A DNA stretch of 64,000 bases, from assembly GCA_028534125.1 (NCBI GenBank), contig CM052816.1, positions 1,736,001 to 1,800,000 of the forward strand, in the 5' to 3' direction. Positions 36,351-50,303 of the stretch are shown piece by piece. Each line of letters begins with the position of its first letter. The first letter of the stretch is position 1. Below the pieces are notes generated by a model, which was given only the letters and a program-made list of their open reading frames with translations, had not been told where the DNA came from and searched no databases. The translations under genes and the position numbers were made by a program. The DNA is from Lama glama. Lineage: Eukaryota.

Positions 36351-38199
36351 AATGCCCCTGTTCTTTGAAAGTCAAATAAAAATTGGTTTGAGGCCCCCAT
36401 CCTACATGAGCTCCTCATTCCTGCCACTCTTCTGAGGATGTCCTATTACCTCTTTTTTTAATCACCTGCTTACACTGAATTATTTTAATCTTTGGATAAT
36501 CTCACCATCCGTGTGGGCTGTTTGTGCCAATACAAACAAGGAACTCAGCACTTTTTCTGCCATTTCTTTCTTTTCTCCCCCAACCAAGACCCACTTATAC
36601 AAGGGGTGTGTGTGTATGTGTGTGTCTTTGTTGAAGACAGAGAAAGGTTCGCAGCACTCATCCACATAAAAAAAAAGTGTGCAGTAAAAAATCATACATC
36701 CCTGTTCTTAAAATTTCCACTAACACAAATTTCAAGTTCAAATCTTCCCCTGCTGGGTCCTCCCTCTTCTATTCCTTCTCTTTCTTCAAATCTCCTCATG
36801 CAAATTCCCTATTTATTTTTATGAAAACAAAACAAAACACTAGTTCTCTCCTGCCAACTTTGTCCTCAGGGTCTCAAGACAGTTCTCCTCCAAAAGAGAA
36901 TCCTGCCGCCAGTTGTTACCGTAGTTCCACCCCACTACAGTGGTTTCTGCAGACAGAATATTAAAATCTGGCCAAATGATCTGTTCTAGCTCTTTCCATT
37001 TGTAAGAGCAGTGATTCTGGGCTCAGGAAGGGTCACAATCTTCCTATTTTAGTTCTTGTTGAGTTTGATGGGGCAATCATCTCTGTAAGAACTCAGGGCT
37101 TGTTCACAACCCACATTCATTTCTCCCCAGAGGCAGACAGTCCTCTATGGGAGGAAAGCTATGGGAATTGGAGCCACAGGTGGGCAGAGGACACGGTCAG
37201 GGACGAGCAGTGATTCTGGACAGGGTGGGTGCCTGGTTGGCATCTGCCAGGTTTCCCTCTGCTGAATCTTTCCCGTGTTGCTTCATAAGCATAAGCCAGG
37301 TCACTAGACACAGATCCTGAGGACATGAGATCTACATGGTAGTTACTCCTCGTGGTATCACTCAGCAATGATCTCAGGGGTAGACATGGTGGGGGCTTGA
37401 TCAATACCTATAGAATTAGCATATTCATATTCATTCCCCAGAACTCATCCTTCTCACTACTCATTCACTCAATAAACATGTATTAAATTCCTTCTCTGTA
37501 CTCAGCAGTGGGGGCAAAAGTAAAATCAAACAAACAAACAAACAAGACCCAGCTCCCGTTCCCAAGAGTCTAAAAATGTATTGGGGGACCTACAGGGAAG
37601 AAACAGGCAGTTATTCAAAAGTGGGGTACGTTCTGGGTCATGTGTCCACTTTACAAATAGCTGCTGAGCATCTCTGACGTACCAACCTTTATCAATGACC
37701 TGAGGTTCAAGGGAAAGAAGACCCATCTCTGCAAAGTAATCTGTGAATTTGATTATGTGTTGGGTGTCTGGAGGGCAGGAAAAAATTCACAAGATCTTAA
37801 CACAATGCCAAACACACAGAATCACCCCGTAAATATTCATTAAATGAATCTTAAAACATATTACAGAATATGATACGTGCTGTGATCTAAGCAGAAGGGT
37901 ATTGTGGCTAACTACTTGGAAATCACAGACCACCTTCAAAAATACGATGGTATCTGAATTTTGAGCAGGAATGTGTGTTGAGTGGAGCATGACTTTGGTG
38001 GGGGTGATGGGGAAAAATGAGCAAAGAAGTTGAGAAAAAAAAAAAAAGTCTGGGGCTTCATGCCTGGGAGCATTACAGGACACACTAACAACTGAGATAC
38101 AACCAGCCCTGTCTCCTAGGCAGGGCTGTGACTGATTGCTGCCTCTGTGTATCTATGTTTTCACCACAGAAAGTGGAAGGCATCACTTCCCTCCTTGAT

Positions 38200-38447
38200 A
38201 AGAGTAGACAAGAACATGGGTTTAGAAGGAAGAAGACCTGGCTTCAAATCCCAGCTTTGCCCCCATTTTAATAGTGAGATGCTGGGCAAGTCACTGAACC
38301 TCTCTGAACTTCAATAGTTCCATCTCCAAAACAGGACTCGTAACACCCATCCTGGAGAGGAGTGCTGTCAAAGATCAGGAAGGTCACGTACCATAAAGTC
38401 CTTAACGGAGTGCCTGGCTCAGCGTGAGGATTTTAAATATAGTTATT
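38200..38447 (+). mobile_element. MIR SINE
   Basis: gacctggcttcaaatcccagc...gggcaagtcactgaacctctctg...agtgcctggc. Confidence 0.85.

Positions 38448-38488
<41 letters not shown>
38448..38488. repeat. (TTG)n microsatellite, about 13 units, at the MIR tail
   Basis: Uninterrupted ttgttgttg run. Confidence 0.95.
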
Positions 38489-41400
38489 ATAACAGTTATT
38501 ACTACTGTCATTCCATCTGGAACAAAGTTTCTCCTCATCCATTCTCTACTGCCCACGAAGACAAGATAACTCTCTGAGGCTCACCTTTTCCAAATTGGTC
38601 ATCTCAATACAGCAAGTGAATTTAGATCAATCATTTGATGGGAAATGTGATTACTTACAAAGACAAATCCTCCAAGAGCATATGGCCCAAGTTCCCTCAA
38701 TTTCTCATGAGGGGTCTGATGCTTAGAGAGAACTGGGCAAACCCCTAAGTCTCCAGACCCCTATTCTATGCCTCTTCGGATACAGTTCACTGCCTCCCAG
38801 TTAACTCTGTTGCTGCGGAGACAGGGCCATGATTAAAGTCAACTTCAAATGCCAACCCTCCAAAGCCAAGTCCCCTGGAGGAGGCACAGCCCCAGCTCTG
38901 CCCTCCTCCCCAGGCCCACTCTGCAGGGTTTGCTTTCCTCACGCTCCCTCTGCAGCCCGTACAGGCAGTTGCTCCGTGTTTGAGAATAGACTCAGCCCCT
39001 GAGCGCTCCTGACCCCTCAAGGAGGAGGTGAGAGGCCCCTCTTGACCAGTGTCAGCTTACAGTGGGAACAAAGCCTGGGGACGTGGCCAGAGACAGGCCG
39101 ACACAAGCAGTGTTATTGCTTCCCCAGGCTCTCACCCCCAGCAGAGGCAACGAGCCACAGTGTGGCTGGATGGCCTCCCCATGGCACAGGCTGGCTTCTC
39201 ACCAGCAGATCTCAGTGGGTCTCTCTGGAGTCAGCCACCCTCTGGCAGGTGCTCAGGCTCCCATGGCTTCCCAGAACTGCTCCTTTTGTCTGGGGTCACC
39301 ACCCTTCTCTGGAAGGGAAGCTCAAGGGGAGACCCCCTGCAGGACAGGAATAGCTCGGCTTTTTCTGGAGCTCCCCCAGTAGTCCTCCAAGCCCTTGAGT
39401 GAGGGCTCAAATGGCCCAGACAAGCCAAGCTAAGTGCCAGGCTGCTAGTCTGCCATCATTGTGAGACTCAAGACCTGCCATTCTTCAGTCAAATTAAAGA
39501 ATTCCTTATGCAAAAGAGGTTACTTTCTGCATCACAGGTCCCTACCCACAACCGGCCAGACCTACAGAGAGCCAGGCTGCAGACTGGCCAAGGCCCACGT
39601 GGGTGAGAGTCAACAGCCTAGCCAATGGGACTCTCCTGGACTGGACAGTGACTGGCCAGTTGAACCAACCAGATCTCCCCTCATGCCCTGCTTCATTTCT
39701 GTATACACACTGGGACCATCTATGCTCCAGGAACCACGCGAGGTTCCAGTGATACAAATGTGGAAGGGGCTTTGGAATCCCAGATCCTTTTGCCCCGTAG
39801 CAGGAATTCAATCTATGACTCTATCCCTCATTAGCAACTTGGACTGGCTGTCAGGTTTTGTTGTGATATACACACAACTCTCATTTATAAGATAATCATT
39901 ATTTTAAAAAGACCAATATATTATGAGGGCCCATGACTTCGAGGAGAAGAAACTGAACCCAATCTGGGTTAAGGGAAAATCAGAATTTACCAGCTTCTCT
40001 CTTGGAAGGCCAAAACTAGATTGTCCTCAGGAAATCAAGTAATGATATCATCTCTCCCGCCCTCCCGCCTCCCTCCTCACCCCGTATCTCAGATCTTTGC
40101 TTCTCTCCATGTGTTGGACTCTTTCCCAAGATGGAGGAGTTTCATTCACACGGCAGGAGAACTGGCACAGGCAGCTCCCGAATAGCAACGCCCAAGGAGA
40201 AAGAAGATTTCTCTCCCCCAGAACCCACAAGTAAAATTCAAGAAGAGGATACCAATAAACCAAAGTTGGGTCTCATGGCTGCTGCTGAGTCCGTTGCCAT
40301 GGCAAGGGGATGAGAGGCTACGATTGGTCGAGCTTTGGTCACATGACACTCCTTAGTCCCCCCCAAGGACCAGATGTTGTGAAAGAGGAACCATCCCTAA
40401 AAGAAGGGAGTGTGCTCTTTCCATAGGGAAATGAGGGAAATGAGCAGGTGCTGAACAGGATGCATGGGAAGGGGCAGGGGAGAGATGTCTGTACACCAGA
40501 AGGAACAAAAGGAAAAGCTAGTGTTTATATAGAAGAAGAAGTAAGGGAGGCCTTACCCAAGAGTAGTTAGCTTTAAGTTCATTTCTAACAGCCAGTTTCC
40601 TTAGAATATGGGAAAGCATGAATACATTAAAAAATATATAATGAACTGGTAACTTTAATAGGGTGTGTAAATGTGGTGATTCATTACAATGCTGACTCCC
40701 AAGGTGATAGAGGACAAACCAAATATCTTTGGGGAGGAAGGGAACTCACACCTACTGAACATCTACCAGGGTGCTGGGCTTTGTGCTTCCACGTTACTCA
40801 TGAAGCTATGGGGCCATCCTGCGAGGCAGGCGCTCCTGGTTCCCTCCATTTACAGGAAAGGGAACTAATGCTCAAAAATACTTGAAAAAAAAATCATCTC
40901 ACTGGAGGCCCCACAGCACGTAAGCAGTGGAGCTGGGACATGAACCCAAGTTTGTCCAGTTCCAAATCGTGTGCTCTCTCCACAAGTCCGTTCTGCCAGC
41001 CAAAGGCAAAATATAGCCAGATGAAAGGTGGAGGGGCAAACAATGATTCTCTCTTCTATTTATAGGCTGAGAACAAAGCCAGACAGCTCTAAAGGGCAGA
41101 AGTGCCAGGAGCAAAAGCAGTCTCTCCAGGCCCCTAAGTGAGGACATTCTTTGCTCCCCAAATGGAGATCACACGTGAAAGCAAGACTGCTCGTTAGGAG
41201 ACGGCGCAGCAGCCAGGAGAACATGGCTAAGAAAGAACAGCAGATTCCACGACACAGGGGTCATCAGTGGCCTGCAAGAGGCTGCTTCAGTGGAGGAGTG
41301 TGTCCAGACCCCATATTTAAGAGGATTTATAGCAAGTAAATGGCCGAGGCACGGAGGCTTCAAAGTTGACCTCATTTGAGAAGTTTGGCAATAAATGTGA

Positions 41401-41989
41401 AGATATCGACATATTTTAAAGTTACAGGGAAACAATGACCAAAGAGGAAGGGTTTTTAAAAAGTCAGATTTTAATGGAAACAAGTGTTTACCTTAATGAC
41501 AGACAAGAAAGTGCTGGAAAGGACATGCCATGAACAACAGAAATAAAAACCCAAATTAACTTGGCCAGCTGAAATCCTAGGCTAGGAAGACAGTGAGTCT
41601 GAACACAGTTCTTTGCCAGTTTGTCTTCCTATCAGTATTTTCCCGCCCTTTCCTGTGAGTGCCAGGTGCAGCCTCCTACCACATAAGGTGCTTTATAAAT
41701 GGCCCAGCCCCTCGTTAAACTTTATTTCACTGGATGCAGTAGTTGATTGAGCTGATGTGACTCAAGCTAAGCCAGCCAGTCCCTCTCTGGGATGGACATT
41801 CGGATGTCAGGGGAGAGCAGTCCTCTCTCTCCGCTCAGTTAAGCTGGGCTCACAGAGCAAGTGGCAGGCACTGGCCACTCCTGGCCTCATCAACCCAGGG
41901 TAGCCAGGCCCAAGGCAAAAGGGGACTCTGCCTTCCAGCACTCACTCATAAAACCCAAGAGAAGGCATGGGCCATGTGAAAGGAGCCCA

Positions 41990-42060
41990 TTTTTGTTTGG
42001 GGAGGTTTTATTTTTGTTTTTAAGGGAGGTGCTCGGGATTGAACCCAGGACCTTGTGCAC
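41990..42060 (-). mobile_element. 5'-truncated camelid-type tRNA SINE
   Basis: ggaggtgctcgggattgaacccaggaccttgtgcac is the antisense B box/body; A-box part absent. Confidence 0.75.
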
Positions 42061-42074
42061 ATGGTTACATAGTA

Positions 42075-42360
42075 TATGTGTTAGCTAAGTAAGCGAACAG
42101 AGATAGGAGTATTATTTTAATCAGCAAAATTTAGAAAAATGTCTCATAATAGGTAATAAGCTAAGAGTAATTATGGTGCATCCTTAAGATGGAAAACTAC
42201 AAAGCCAATTTATAAAATCATGTCACAGAAGAATATTAAATGACTTGGGAAGGTGTTCATAATATATTGTTAGACCAAAGAAAACAAAATCAGGTTTTAA
42301 ATTGTATATACAATATGATCCAAATATAAAAATCAAAAATAAAGGAAATACTTCAAAATG
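42075..42360 (+). mobile_element. Old L1M fragment
   Basis: aattatggtgcatcc...atgacttgggaaggtgttcataatatattgtt...tatatacaatatgatcc. Confidence 0.6.
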
Positions 42361-44861
42361 TTATTAGTAGATACCTCTAAATGGATGACTCAGCCTGTCT
42401 GCACATTGGAATCACCTGTGAAATTTTTAAAAACCATGATGATGCAGGACGCCACCCAGAGAAATTCTCATTTAATTGGCCTGGGATGTCGTCTGGGCCT
42501 CAGGACTTTTATTTCCTTCTGTGTGCTTGATTTCTTCCTCTGAATTTTTTTTTTTCCTGAAGCTTTCTAAAATAAACATGTTTCCCTTTTATAATTAGAA
42601 ATTAAAACCATAAATGCTACCTAAAAGGCATTTCAGTTACTCCCGTGAGTCACTGACTAAGCAGCTATGTCAGTGCCTGGCTTACTGGGTTGTTTTCATC
42701 CAGGGAGAGCTCAGACAGGGAAGCCAGGGGAGCTGGAGTTGGCAGAAGACTGAGAAGAGGCAGATTCAGAGTATGAGTCACTGCCCTGGAGAACAGACCT
42801 GGGAGGGGGCGCTAGGTGGGTAGCAGAGAGGGTAGGGCGCAAGGTGAGGACCCCAGACGCGTGAGGGGCTGGGGCGGGGGACCAAGAGCCCACAGCCAGC
42901 TTCACTAGCTTAGCGACTGTGTGCAGGCGGCTCTGTAATTTATGGTCCTTCTCGTCTGAGTCCTTGCATGGTGCCCACTGTGAGATACTGGGATTTCATT
43001 TATGTATGTCAGCACCATGTTTTCTCCTTTTCAGTACCCGCTCTCGATAAGGGCTAAGAGGAGCGGGCGAGACAGGGAGAGGGGAAGCAAAGGAAGGTCT
43101 ACCAATGCTAAAACATGTAACTGACAAAAGGGCCAAGGCTCCTGGTGTTTTTCTCCCTCCAGGTCTAACAGTAAACGCTTCGGGTTTGATAATTGAGCTT
43201 CTTCAGCCAATATAGCATTTTTTCCCATTCATTTCAGCAAGTCCTTATTGAACTCTTATTATGTGCCAAGCCCTGTCCCACGTACTCTTCATCATTTAAT
43301 TCCTATCCAAAGCTTTAAACAAACGACCCAGGTACTGTTGTTAGCCTGACTTGTACACATGAAGGATTTGGATCTCAGGGAAGTCACTGGCCTAAAATTG
43401 CCCAGACAGTGTTACTCATCACCATCATCATCAGAACCATTTATTGAGCACCTACTATGTGCCCAGCACTATACTAGGACACATTTTTCATTAACCGGCC
43501 CACTCCCTTACCCTACTCTATCTCCACCCACTGCACAACAGCCCTAAGAGATGGTGGTTATTATTAGCTCTGATTTACATGGGAGGAAAGTAGGCACACA
43601 GAGGAAAATTTACTTACCTAGCTTTTAGGCAACCACATAGAATTTATATCCAAAAGTGTCAAACTCCTGGGCTCTTCTTTTTGAGCCCTAAACTACGTTG
43701 CTCCCAGAATTTAGTGACCAAGCTTCAGAAGTCAGGCCAGGCTTAATGCCCTTACTATGCAGTATATTAAAGATACTCACATCAATTAAAGATGTTCACC
43801 TGTCTTGGCCGGTTCTCAGTACCTGAGATTGCTACATCCTACAAGCAAATAGCGTGAGAAGCTGGAAACCTACTCCAATCTAATTTGCTTTTTTTAAAAA
43901 AAAAATTCTAATTCTCCTTTTAACTACTGTCTCAGGCATGTGCCCATTATCATCCAAAAAGCCGTGGCAGAAGAGAATTATGGGAAAATGAAAGAGAAGG
44001 CGAGAAAAGGGCACCTGCTGGTTGCCACGGTGAAATGTTCACAGGAAGCAGGAGACAGCCATTAGCATTCAGCTTAATGGTGTGTCTAGCCCCATCCATA
44101 ACTGGAAGTGTGTTTACTGTTTCATATTTCCTTTGTGAGAGGGAGCCACAAATCTCATTCTCCACATTGAGAGCCAGTTAATGGTTCTAATTATGCATCC
44201 ACTCACACTGTTCCTCAACCAAAGGAGGAGGCAGTCAGAGTTCCCCGGTTACCCCAGGCTGTGCAAGCAGATACTTTGAACTCTGGTCCCCAGTGGTTAC
44301 TGATGGTCCGGAACAGCTAGGGATGTGGCCCAGAGCACTACCACACTGAAATTGAAATGGGGTCACTGCAAAGCCCCAGGAACACTTCCTTCATCCCGCT
44401 TAAATGGCACTTTACAAGCTGTTTATCCACCCAGCACCCTGCAGTGTTGTCAAGCCCCGTTGCCCACAGCCTGCAATTGGGGATACTGAGATGAAGGTAC
44501 ACCACCTGCAATGTGAATCAGCCCCTCCCAAGGAGGGACTGGCAATGTCCCTAACCACACGGAGTTTGCTAAATCCTTCCTGACCTTCCCCTGCAGCTCC
44601 ACTGGTTCAAGCCTGGAAACCTATCGGAACCATCTGGGAAGTTCCATCCCCCTTCTAGATCAAGAGCATTAAGGCCTTTGGGGGTCGGACCAAGCACCTC
44701 TAGCTAATGAATGTCCTCAGGTGATTCAGGTGTGCAGCAAGAGTGAGAACCCCAACTCCCATCCCTCCACGGTCTCTCACAGTCCCCAACTTACTTACAC
44801 ATCTGGCATTCCACTCCCTCTGCCAAACAGACGTCTTTATTAAGAAAGAATTTCCGGGATA

Positions 44862-45070
44862 CAGTGTGGCTTGGTGGTAGGCACAGGGCTGCTGAGGTCT
44901 GGCAGGCCTGGGTTTGAATCTCAGTTCTGCCATAAGCTGGCAATGGACAAGTAACTTAAATAAACTAGCTGCATTCGCCTCACCTGCAGAGCCAGGATGG
45001 GAATAGTGGCTGCCCTAAAGGGCTGTCAAGAGCATAAATTTCCAGCACGCACTTGGTGTTCAGTAAAGTA
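44862..45070 (+). mobile_element. MIR SINE
   Basis: cagtgtggcttggtggtagg...cctgggtttgaatctcagttctgcc. Confidence 0.75.
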
Positions 45071-46119
45071 GCCACCATCACAGGTAACTGTGATCTAAGC
45101 CATTTAGAAAACAGGGGGAGGAGGTCTGTCCAGGACCAGTGGGTTTCCATTGTGGGCAAGTGGAGCAATGTCCAACTTTATATCCCCAAAACAAAGATTT
45201 CGTCTCCCGGTGGGAGGATGGGTTCCCCGCCATTTAGAGAGAAGACTTACAGCAGCAGTGAGGACCGGACACTGTGTAGCTCAATGAGATAGACAGCTCT
45301 GAGCAACCCTGCCCTTCTCTTTTCCGGTCCTGAAAACACAAAGGCTGGGTATTCAAAACACCCAGAGGTAAACTAGGGGGAAAAACAAACAAAAAGAAAA
45401 GCCACTAATTATCTGGTTTGGGGCAATACAGATAGATTCAGGTAACTGCCCTGATTTTCCAGTTTCCAAATAGGCATATAGGTTCCTCACAGACAATAAC
45501 AAACATGCATTGAGTGCTTGCTGTATATCAGTGCCAAATTGTTTCCTTCCATGCTTTGTGGAAGGACTTTAATTCCCACAAAAGGTCCCTAAGCCATGCT
45601 ATTTTAAAGAAGCCATCAAGGTTCAAAGAGGTTATATTTATCCAAGTTTACACAGTAAGTGGCAAAATGGGGACCTAAACTCTACAAGCCCCAATCTTAA
45701 CTGTGCTCCCTCCCAGGTTTCTGATGGGCAGAGTAAACACATGGTGATTACTGCATGACCAGTAGATTGCAAAGGCTTTCCCTGCTCCATCATTCACTGA
45801 AGCCCTTTGGAAAATAATAACAGCATATTTGCACAGAGGTATTGGGGTCCCACAGAAGTATCATATGACCTGCAGACCCCCCAATCATCATGATGTCAGC
45901 TCACAGAGCAACATCTCAACCTTTGCTTGCAAGACTCTTCAAAGCTAGTTCCTACTCACGATTACATTCTATCCTCCAAACAATCCTCCTGTGTTCCCAT
46001 TACAAAGAGAAGTGCAGTAAAAAGGAGTGAAAACTAGTGCCAGAAAAGCAGCCGAACACTCTGCCTCCTGGTTGTTCTCTCTCTTTCTCCTTTTCTTTTT
46101 TTACGTCTTTAAGGAGTGA

Positions 46120-46305
46120 TATAAGAATGGCAAACAGACAGCACATGTACCACTAGACATCCCTCCTCATCCCTTGCAGACATTACTAATTGATCTCAGC
46201 ACTCTTCCCACTAAGTCAGGAAACTGCTTCAATACTCTTCTAGCTAAGGGCTCCTAGAAGCAATCAACTAACGCTGGCACTGCAGATAAAGCATATTTTA
46301 TTCAT
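46120..46305 (+). mobile_element. MER117-like hAT MITE
   Basis: atggcaaacagacagcacatgt...gcagacattactaattgatctcagcactcttccc...tggcactgcagataaag. Confidence 0.55.
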
Positions 46306-46530
46306 GGTATGGTGACTAAGAGCCTATGCTTTGGAATCAATCAAGCTCAGATTAGAATCCCAGCTTGACTGTGTGACCAGGAACATGTTACTTAACCAGC
46401 CTGAGCTTTAGTTTTCTAACCAGTAAAATAAAGATGGTCATACTTCCTTCACAGAATTATTGGTAAGAGAAGATGAGAAATGCCTGTCCAGCTCTGAGCT
46501 CCTTGCCTGGCACATAGAGGGTCCTTGGTA
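46306..46530 (+). mobile_element. MIR SINE
   Basis: taagagcctatgctttggaatca...gaatcccagc...tgcctggcacatag. Confidence 0.8.
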
Positions 46531-47647
46531 AATGGTATGTATCCATCCCACTCCTCAATAAAGATTTTTTGAAGATTACCATGGACTACCCTGCCAGGTG
46601 CTGGAACTACAGGAATGAACAAGTTATATAAGGTTCCTGATTTCATGGCACAGTCTAGTGGAGAGAGCAGTTTTTTTGTAAATAATTATTTATCAGACAA
46701 TTTCAGCTTGTGATAAGTGGTATGAAAGAAGAGGGCTGAGCGATGAGACAAAAAACATCAGGATGGGGTAGGCAGCAACACAGGGGCGTCTCAGACACTA
46801 AAGAACACGTCATCCCTCTCAAGTGCCAGCCCTTGAGTCCCTGACAGAGGGAAAAACAAGTGGAAATGGGACCAAGTGCTGTTTTGAAGCACAGTGATGG
46901 TCAAGGAGGCAGGTTATTCATAGTGCCTTTCTGTTTGATTGGCTCTATCCCCAGGACGAGAGAACTGGAACACTTAGTGCTGTATTCATGTGCTCTGACG
47001 AGGCCCCTTTTAGATCCTGGCGAATCTGTTGCAATCAGCCTGCAATCTGCAGCCCAGACCCAGCTACCCCAGCAAATCAGCCCTGGACCCCTGGGAGCCC
47101 AGCCTGGCACACGACCCCCTCCCTCCCCCTTCCTTGTTCCCATTTTCACAAGTTCCTCTCTCCACTTTCTCCTGCCCCTTCCTCTGCTTCCCCATGCCTG
47201 TGGGTGCAACGCCCACTGAGCCTGGGGTGGGGCTCTTCAGCCCCCTTGACTACTACTCACTGCAGGACTGGATTTCCTTCCCAGGTAAGGGCTCAACAGC
47301 CAAAAACAGAGTCGAGAATCAATGCCCAGGAAAGGGACATCTTAGGGAGGTGTGGGTCTGGGGGCCACCAAAGGGCGACCCTAAGGATATGTGTGCATTC
47401 AAGGGAAGACAGACCCAGATAAAATCACCTGCATGTGTATGATGACCGACAAATCATTTTCATAGGATCTTTCTTCTAGCAACCTTGAGAGGCATTAGGC
47501 AGGTAGGAACTTAGTGGTACTGAGACTTGCTCAGGGATGCTCAGCTGGCTAGCAGAAGAGCCAGGACTAAAACCTGTTTTTGTTTTTGTTTTAAACAATC
47601 CTTCCCCGACACACGCACATTCAAAGATCCAGAGTTTTCTCCCTCTG

Positions 47648-47826
47648 CATCAGTCAGGGTTCTCAAGGAATTCTACACGATTGTAGAGGCTGGCATGTCC
47701 AAAATCTCTAGGGCAAGCCAGCAGGCTGGAAATCCAGGTGAGAGTAGATTTTACAGTCTTGAGTTTGAAATCCGTAGGGCAGGCCAGCAGGTTGGAATCT
47801 CGGAGAGGAACTCTATGTTACAGTTA
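47648..47826 (-). mobile_element. MLT2-like (ERVL) LTR fragment
   Basis: tcagtcagggttctc...gattgtagaggctggcatgtccaaaatc...gggcaggccagcagg. Confidence 0.65.
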
Positions 47827-47865
47827 GTTGGTGTGTGTTGGGGTGTGTGTGTGTGTGTATGTTTC

Positions 47866-48273
47866 TAACTGTACTTTATTTTTTTATTGAAGTATAGTTG
47901 ATTTACTATGTTGTGTTAATTTCTAGTGTGCAGCATAGTGATTCATTTATATATATATACATATATATATAATTTCTTTTCATATTCTTTTTCATTATAG
48001 GCCATTACAAAGTATTGAATATAGTTTCCTGTGCTATACAGTCGGACTTCATTGTTTATCTATTTTGTATACAGTAGTTAGTATCTACAAATCCCAATCT
48101 CCACTCCCTTTCCCCTCTGGTAACCATAAATATGTTTTCTATGTCTGGGAGCCTGTTTCTGTTTTATAAATAAGTTCATTTGTATCTTTTTTTTAAGATT
48201 CCACATATAAATGATATCATATGGTATTTTTCTTTCTTACTGGCTTACTTCACTTTGAATGACAATCCCCAGG
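47866..48273 (-). mobile_element. Younger L1 3' end, same family as 4473-5305
   Basis: attgaagtatagttg...agattccacatataaatgatatcatatggtatttttctttc; visibly similar to about 4497-4880. Confidence 0.92.
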
Positions 48274-50079
48274 GACTAATATTTTGAGAAAGAAGAGTCT
48301 TGTGTCCAAATAAGTGCAAGAATCAATGCATACCACTTCCCAATTTTAAAGATTCACAATGCACATTCAACAGTAAAGGCTAATAATTCCTGTGATAAAG
48401 ATGCCTATTTAAGTTTGTTCAAGCCCAGAGTTTCCTCAATTTATTTGGCCAGAGAACATCTTTTGTTCGTTTGATGGCTTTAGTATAACCCCTATTGACA
48501 TCCCCATGGAACTAATGTTTCAAGCAACACACTTTGGGAAGTGCTACCCTGGTCCAATTTGCTCATTTTTCAGTGGAATCATAATGGTTTACACCTATAC
48601 AATGTTTTGTTTTGTTTTGAAGTGCTCACTTTGCTACTATCTCCTTTAAGCCTTGCAAAATTCTGAGAATCAGTGAGATAATATCCCTATTTTGAAGAGA
48701 AGGAAATAGAGGTCCAGAGGACTTAAGGGATTTGCTCAAGGTCCCACAGTTAGTTAGTGGCAGAGATGAGAAGAGATAAGAAGACAGGGAAGAGTCTCAT
48801 ACTAATCCAGTTATCACCAATTAACACCTTAGCAGGTGTCTAGCCAATCTTTTCCATATGAGGAAAGTACGGTGACAGCAGAATCTTTCTCAAAGAAACC
48901 TGAAACGCACCACTTTTGGCTGAGGAAAACAGAAATATTCAAAACTATCAGAAGTCTTGTTAAGAATATGGATTGATTTTCTTCCTTGCTGACAACTTCA
49001 AAAGATTAAGGAAGACCCCAGGAAACCCACTTACCCTTACTGTTTGCCATATGCATTCTTCAAGCCAAGAGGTGGCACACTCACAGCATATAAGCCATCA
49101 CACCCCTTCCATGACTGTGACAGACATGACTAATTCAGTACCAATCACTGAGGCTGAGCATGCCCTGAGATTTTCTGAATCAAGTACTTCAGGCAACCAC
49201 TATGGACAGATCAGAGTCTGCCCAAAGTTGAAGTCCATTTGGCATCATTGATTCTTCCTTCTACATTGCTCCCTCAGGCCAATGGATCTACAAATATACT
49301 CCTCAAAGTGTCGATTAGGGTTTCCTTTTTATTTGCCTAGAGAATACATCTTTCAAACTTCAAAGTACTGAAGCTTATTCTTGTAAAAATCCAGTGATAC
49401 ATATATACCAATACACATATAAATGAAAGAGCCTTAGACCCAAAGAATTATACTATTAAAGGCATTATTACTGTGGCTGTTGCTCGTTTGAATCACCTGT
49501 ATAAACTAGTACCAGCCCACTTTATTTTCCTACCTCCTACTTCTAATTTAGGCCCATTTGTTCTATTATATTCTCCATCCCAAGTGGCTCCAAATGATTT
49601 TTAAAAATCAAAACTAAATTGAGCTTCATTTTAAATGGGCCTTTGATTAGTGCGGCCTTTACAAACATTTACTTCAAGGGTAACTAGATACAAGTTAAGG
49701 AGCAGACAACACTCAATTTAACTTCAACTATCATTGGATTTAGTACCTCCTTCAGATCCTGCCAAGAGGGGCCCTGCCCAGATCCCTGCTCCTTAGAAAG
49801 GCCTGTCTGCTCCCTCCCTTGACCATACCTCTCCCCATGGAGTGAGAACTCCCAGAGCCCAGGGGAAGTTGTCTCCTGCACCCACCTCTTTCCTGCCTAA
49901 CTGGCTCTGAGGTCACTTCTGTGACCAGGCAGACCTCGTGCCCAGGGTCCTCTTTCCTGAGAGGGCACAGATATTGCTTGGTGTGGGACTGGGTGTGCAC
50001 TCAAGGCCCCTCATGGTGCAGGATGGAGGTGAGAATGGAAGAGAAGGAGGGGCACCCAGGTCAGACTCTCCTTACCCCG

Positions 50080-50303
50080 CCTTGTTCTATGGGAGAGCTC
50101 CTCCGAGGTGGCCAAGAACTTTCAATTCAAACCTGGCCTTCCAGAGCATTATGAAGGACTACTTATCAAGGTAGGAGGATGAAATATATTTTATTTATCA
50201 GTTTCCTGGCTTGATCTACACATTTTAAATATTCATACATATGTAAGTGAACTTGACTTGTAGGTATTCTCACCCTGGGCCCAGAAAATCTTAGGTGTGG
50301 ACC
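50080..50303 (-). mobile_element. hAT-Tip100 MITE (MER115-like)
   Basis: aattcaaacctggccttccag...ttatgaagg...tcaaggtaggaggat...ttttaaatatt. Confidence 0.5.

Noticed and set aside
40293..40306. RFX X-box-like gttgccatggcaag
   Set aside because: One mismatch, and it lies in an old MaLR-like repeat with no other support.
42798..42814. CTCF site (agggggcgcta)
   Set aside because: The 5' half lacks the CCAC/CCGC core, so the match is partial.
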